Positions 60,630 through 64,000 of a stretch of DNA of 64,000 nt are shown here, one piece after another. Positions within the stretch are counted from its first letter, which is position 1; every line of letters starts with the position of its first letter. The stretch is from positions 3,968,001 to 4,032,000 of the forward strand of contig CATNEN010000007.1 in assembly GCA_950097015.1 (NCBI GenBank), in the 5' to 3' direction. The notes under the pieces are model-generated. The model worked only from the letters and a program-made list of their open reading frames with translations. It was not told the origin of the DNA and did no database searches. The position numbers were made by a program, and so were the translations under genes. Source of the DNA: Macrostomum hystrix (Eukaryota > Animalia > Platyhelminthes).

Positions 60630-61435
60630 GGTTCGGGAAATCAGTGATTTCGGAGATAGATTCGGGAAATCAGTGATTTCGGAGATAGATTCGGGAAATC
60701 AGTGATTTCGGAGATCGGTTCGGGAAATCAGTGATTTTGGATATAGATTCGGGAAGTCAGTGATTTCGGAGATAGATTCGGGAAATCAGTGATTTCGGAG
60801 ATAGATTCGGGAAATCAGTGATTTTGGATATAGATTCGGGAAATCAGTGATTTTGGAGATAGATTCGGGAAATCAGTGATTTCGGAGATCGATTCGGGAA
60901 ATCAGTGATTTCGGAAATCGATTCGGGAAATCAGTGATTTTGGATATAGATTCGGGAAGTCAGTGATTTTGGAGATAGATTCGGGAAATCAGTGATTTTG
61001 GAGATAGATTCGGGAAATCAGTGATTTCGGAGATAGATTCGGGAAATCAGTGATTTTGGATATAGAATCGGGAAATCAGTGATTTTGGATATAGATTCGG
61101 GAAATCAGTGATTTTGGATATAGAATCGGGAAATCAGTGATCTCGGATATAGATTCGGGAAATCAGTGATTTCGGAGATCGATTCAGGAAATCAGTGATT
61201 TTGGATATAGATTCGGGAAATCAGTGATTTTGGAGATAGATTCGGGAAATCAGTGATTTCGGAGATAGATTCGGGAAATCAGTGATTTTGGATATAGATT
61301 CGGGAAATCAGTGATTTCGGAGATAGATTCGGGAAATCAGTGATTTTGGATATAGATTCGGGAAATCAGTGATTTTGAAGATAGATTCGGGAAATCAGTG
61401 ATTTTGGAGATCGATTCGGGAAATCAGTGATTCAG
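60630..61435. repeat. 29-bp minisatellite with an internal palindrome
   Basis: Unit gattcgggaaatcagtgatttcggagata containing GAAATCA-g-TGATTTC. Confidence 0.93.
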
Positions 61436-62089
61436 GAAATTAATAGTCAGTAAACTAGTGATTTTTGAATTTCAAAATTCGAAAATCGATGGGTTTGGGA
61501 ATGAGGAATCGATAGTTAAAATAGGTAAAAGGAAGTTATGTGATTGTTCCATTTCATTCCTTCATCTCGCCAGGTTTCAAGCTACTAGCGAAGTCCCCAA
61601 TGGCAGTCGCTAGCCAGAATATTTACAAACTGCAGGCTCACTGCCATTGAACTGAGACTTTACAGGCGCAAAAATTCACATAAATTAAAAATAATGTGCA
61701 AAAGTAAAACAAAAACTAGCAATTAAGCAATCAGCAATAGTGGGCGGTAAAGTGTTTTGTTAGTTTTTAAGTGTTGCATTACAGTAGCCATAAAATTTTT
61801 AGCAAAAAATATTTTACTTTGCACGCTACTTTGAGTAGTGTGTTTAGAAACTTTAAGGACGTGTGAAAAAATCCCGATTAAACAAATAAATAAATAAAGG
61901 TAAAAGGAAAAGCACTGAGACGTTCATAATACAAACAATAAAAGAAAACTTTCACAAAGATAATCCCTTTCGGATCAACGAAAAATCTTTATTTACATCA
62001 TTGCTATAATGCATCCCAATGATCGCCTCTCACATCATGCGATTTCACTTCTTCTCCTACTCTACAGGCTTAATTTAAAGCGACCTCTT

Positions 62090-63600
62090 CAATGTCTCAT
62101 CTCTGCTCTCTCATCTCTCTGCTGTCTCATCTCTACTGTCTCATCTCTCTGCTGTCTCATCTCTCTGCTGTCCCATCTCTACTGTCTCATCTCTGCTGTC
62201 TCATCTCTCTGCTGTCCCATCTCTCTGCTGTCCCATCTCTCTGCTGTCTCATCTCTGCTGTCTCATCTCTCTGCTGTCTCATCTCTCTGCTGTCCCATCT
62301 CTACTGTCTCATCTCTCTGCTGTCCCATCTCTCTGCTGTCCCATCTCTCTGCTGTCTCATCTCTCTGCTGTCTCATCTCTGCTGTCTCATCTCTCTGCTG
62401 TCTCATCTCTCTGCTGTCTCATCTCTACTGTCTCATCTCTCTGCTGTCTCATCTCTCTGCTGTCTCATCTCTGCTGTCTCATCTCTCTGCTGTCTCATCT
62501 CTGCTGTCTCATCTCTCTGCTGTCTCATCTCTGCTGTCTCATCTCTCTGCTGTCTCATCTCTGCTGTCTCATCCCTCTGCTGTCTCATCTCTCTACTGTC
62601 TCATCTCTCTGCTGTCCCATCTCTCTGCTGTCTCATCTCTGCTGTCTCATCTCTCTGCTGTCTCATCTCTCTGCTGTCCCATCTCTACTGTCTCATCTCT
62701 CTGCTGCCCCATCTCTCTGCTGTCCCATCTCTCTGCTGTCCCATCTCTCTGCTGTCTCATCTCTCTGCTGTCTCATCTCTGCTGTCTCATCTCTCTGCTG
62801 TCTCATCTCTCTGCTGTCTCATCTCTACTGTCTCATCTCTCTGCTGTCTCATCTCTCTGCTGTCTCATCTCTGCTGTCTCATCTCTCTGCTGTCTCATCT
62901 CTCTGCTGTCTCATCTCTGCTGTCTCATCTCTCTGCTGTCTCATCTCTCTGCTGTCTCATCTCTGCTGTCTCATCTCTCTGCTGTCTCATCTCTGCTGTC
63001 TCATCCCTCTGCTGTCTCATCTCTCTACTGTCTCATCTCTCTGCTGTCTCATCTCTCTGCTGTCTCATCTCTCTGCTGTCCCATCTCTCTGCTGTCTCAT
63101 CTCTCTGCTGTCTCATCTCTCTACTGTCCCATCTCTCTGCTGTCCCATCTCTCTGCTGTCTCATCTCTCTGCTGTCCCATCTCTCTGCTGTCTCATCTCT
63201 CTACTGTCCCATCTCTCTGCTGTCCCATCTCTCTGCTGTCTCATCTCTCTGCTGTCCCATCTCTCTGCTGTCTCATCGCTCTGCTGTCTCATCTCTCTGC
63301 TGTCCCATCTCTCTGCTGTCTCATCTCTCTGCTGTCTCATCTCTCTGCTGTCCCATCTCTCTGCTGTCTCATCGCTCTGCTGTCTCATCTCTCTGCTGTC
63401 CCATCTCTCTGCTGTCTCATTTCTCCCCTGTCTTATCTCTTGTAGGTCCCATCTCTGGCAGGTCCCATCTCTGGCAGGTCCTATCTCTGGTAGGTCCCAT
63501 CTCTGGTAGGTCCCATCTCTTGTAGGTCCCATCTCTGGCAGGTCCCATCTCTGGCAGGTCCCATCTCTGGCAGGTCCCATCTCTGGCAGGTCCCATCTGC
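62090..63600. repeat. Pyrimidine-rich 16/18-bp minisatellite followed by a 16-bp aggtcccatctctggc array
   Basis: ctgctgtctcatctct(ct) units 62090-63420; aggtcccatctctggc units 63440-63600. Confidence 0.93.
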
Positions 63601-64000
63601 GGCCATCTCTTTGTCCCGCGAGTTATCTAATGTTGCCGACCTCAATAATCGAGTAAGCTATGCTGTAGTCAAGGACAACTTAATAACTCTAAATAAAAGT
63701 TATTGGTTATGTTGTCCTTGGCTATTAGTACTACATGGATGTGCAAAGCTTTATAATATATTTCTGCCTGCAAGGCAAGCTTACCTAGAACAGTACATGC
63801 TTACAGATTACAGGCAAAGGTTACGCTCAAAGTCGATGACAATGAGCGAACAGAAAAGCATTCAGCAGCAGACTCTCCGAATGATAGCGAGGTCCCGCCA
63901 ACAGGTACACAGAAGGAAAGGCTTTGACAATGAAGCAACGGCTGCCTTGACAATTAGCTAATTAGAATATGGAGTTAATTTTTGTTTAAACGAATCAAAT

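Noticed and set aside
60630-61435. Palindromic ~29-bp repeats superficially like a CRISPR array
   Set aside because: Units are head-to-tail with no unique spacers, there are no cas genes, and the context is eukaryotic. The same applies to the 20- and 26-bp arrays.
63611-63961. 116-aa ORF at the window end
   Set aside because: No ATG start, no recognisable domain, and the splice model cannot be resolved within the window.

Overview
Eukaryotic (animal) genomic DNA with GC-rich host exons and minisatellite-stuffed introns. The style is reminiscent of a flatworm such as Macrostomum, but the host cannot be established from the sequence. (1) About 1-16.2 kb is an apparently intact Maverick/Polinton (adintovirus-like) endogenous virus; its left end is probably outside the window and the right terminus is unresolved. 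Core genes are co-oriented on +: protein-primed PolB, packaging ATPase, minor and major capsid proteins, chromodomain integrase, adenain-like protease and basic core proteins. Accessory genes are dUTPase, a parvovirus-type PLA2 protein and three genes recovered only by manual splicing: a small membrane protein ending in a PDZ-type motif, an SSB-like protein, and a divergent TATA-binding-protein (TBP)-fold exon that can be spliced in frame onto the SSB-like ORF. (2) About 17-64 kb is host DNA: ARF6, a tetraspanin, RPS13, KDEL receptor, EHBP1, a GOLGA4/golgin-245-like gene, two paralogous small secreted Cys-rich proteins, SINE/MULE/Harbinger remnants and many tandem repeats. The intact RPS13 CDS lies inside a 2.83-kb segment bounded by 51-bp near-perfect inverted repeats (TG...CA) and a 5-bp direct repeat (ATTCC), an apparent gene-capturing transposon. 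All protein family calls are from motif recognition by eye; no database searches were run.
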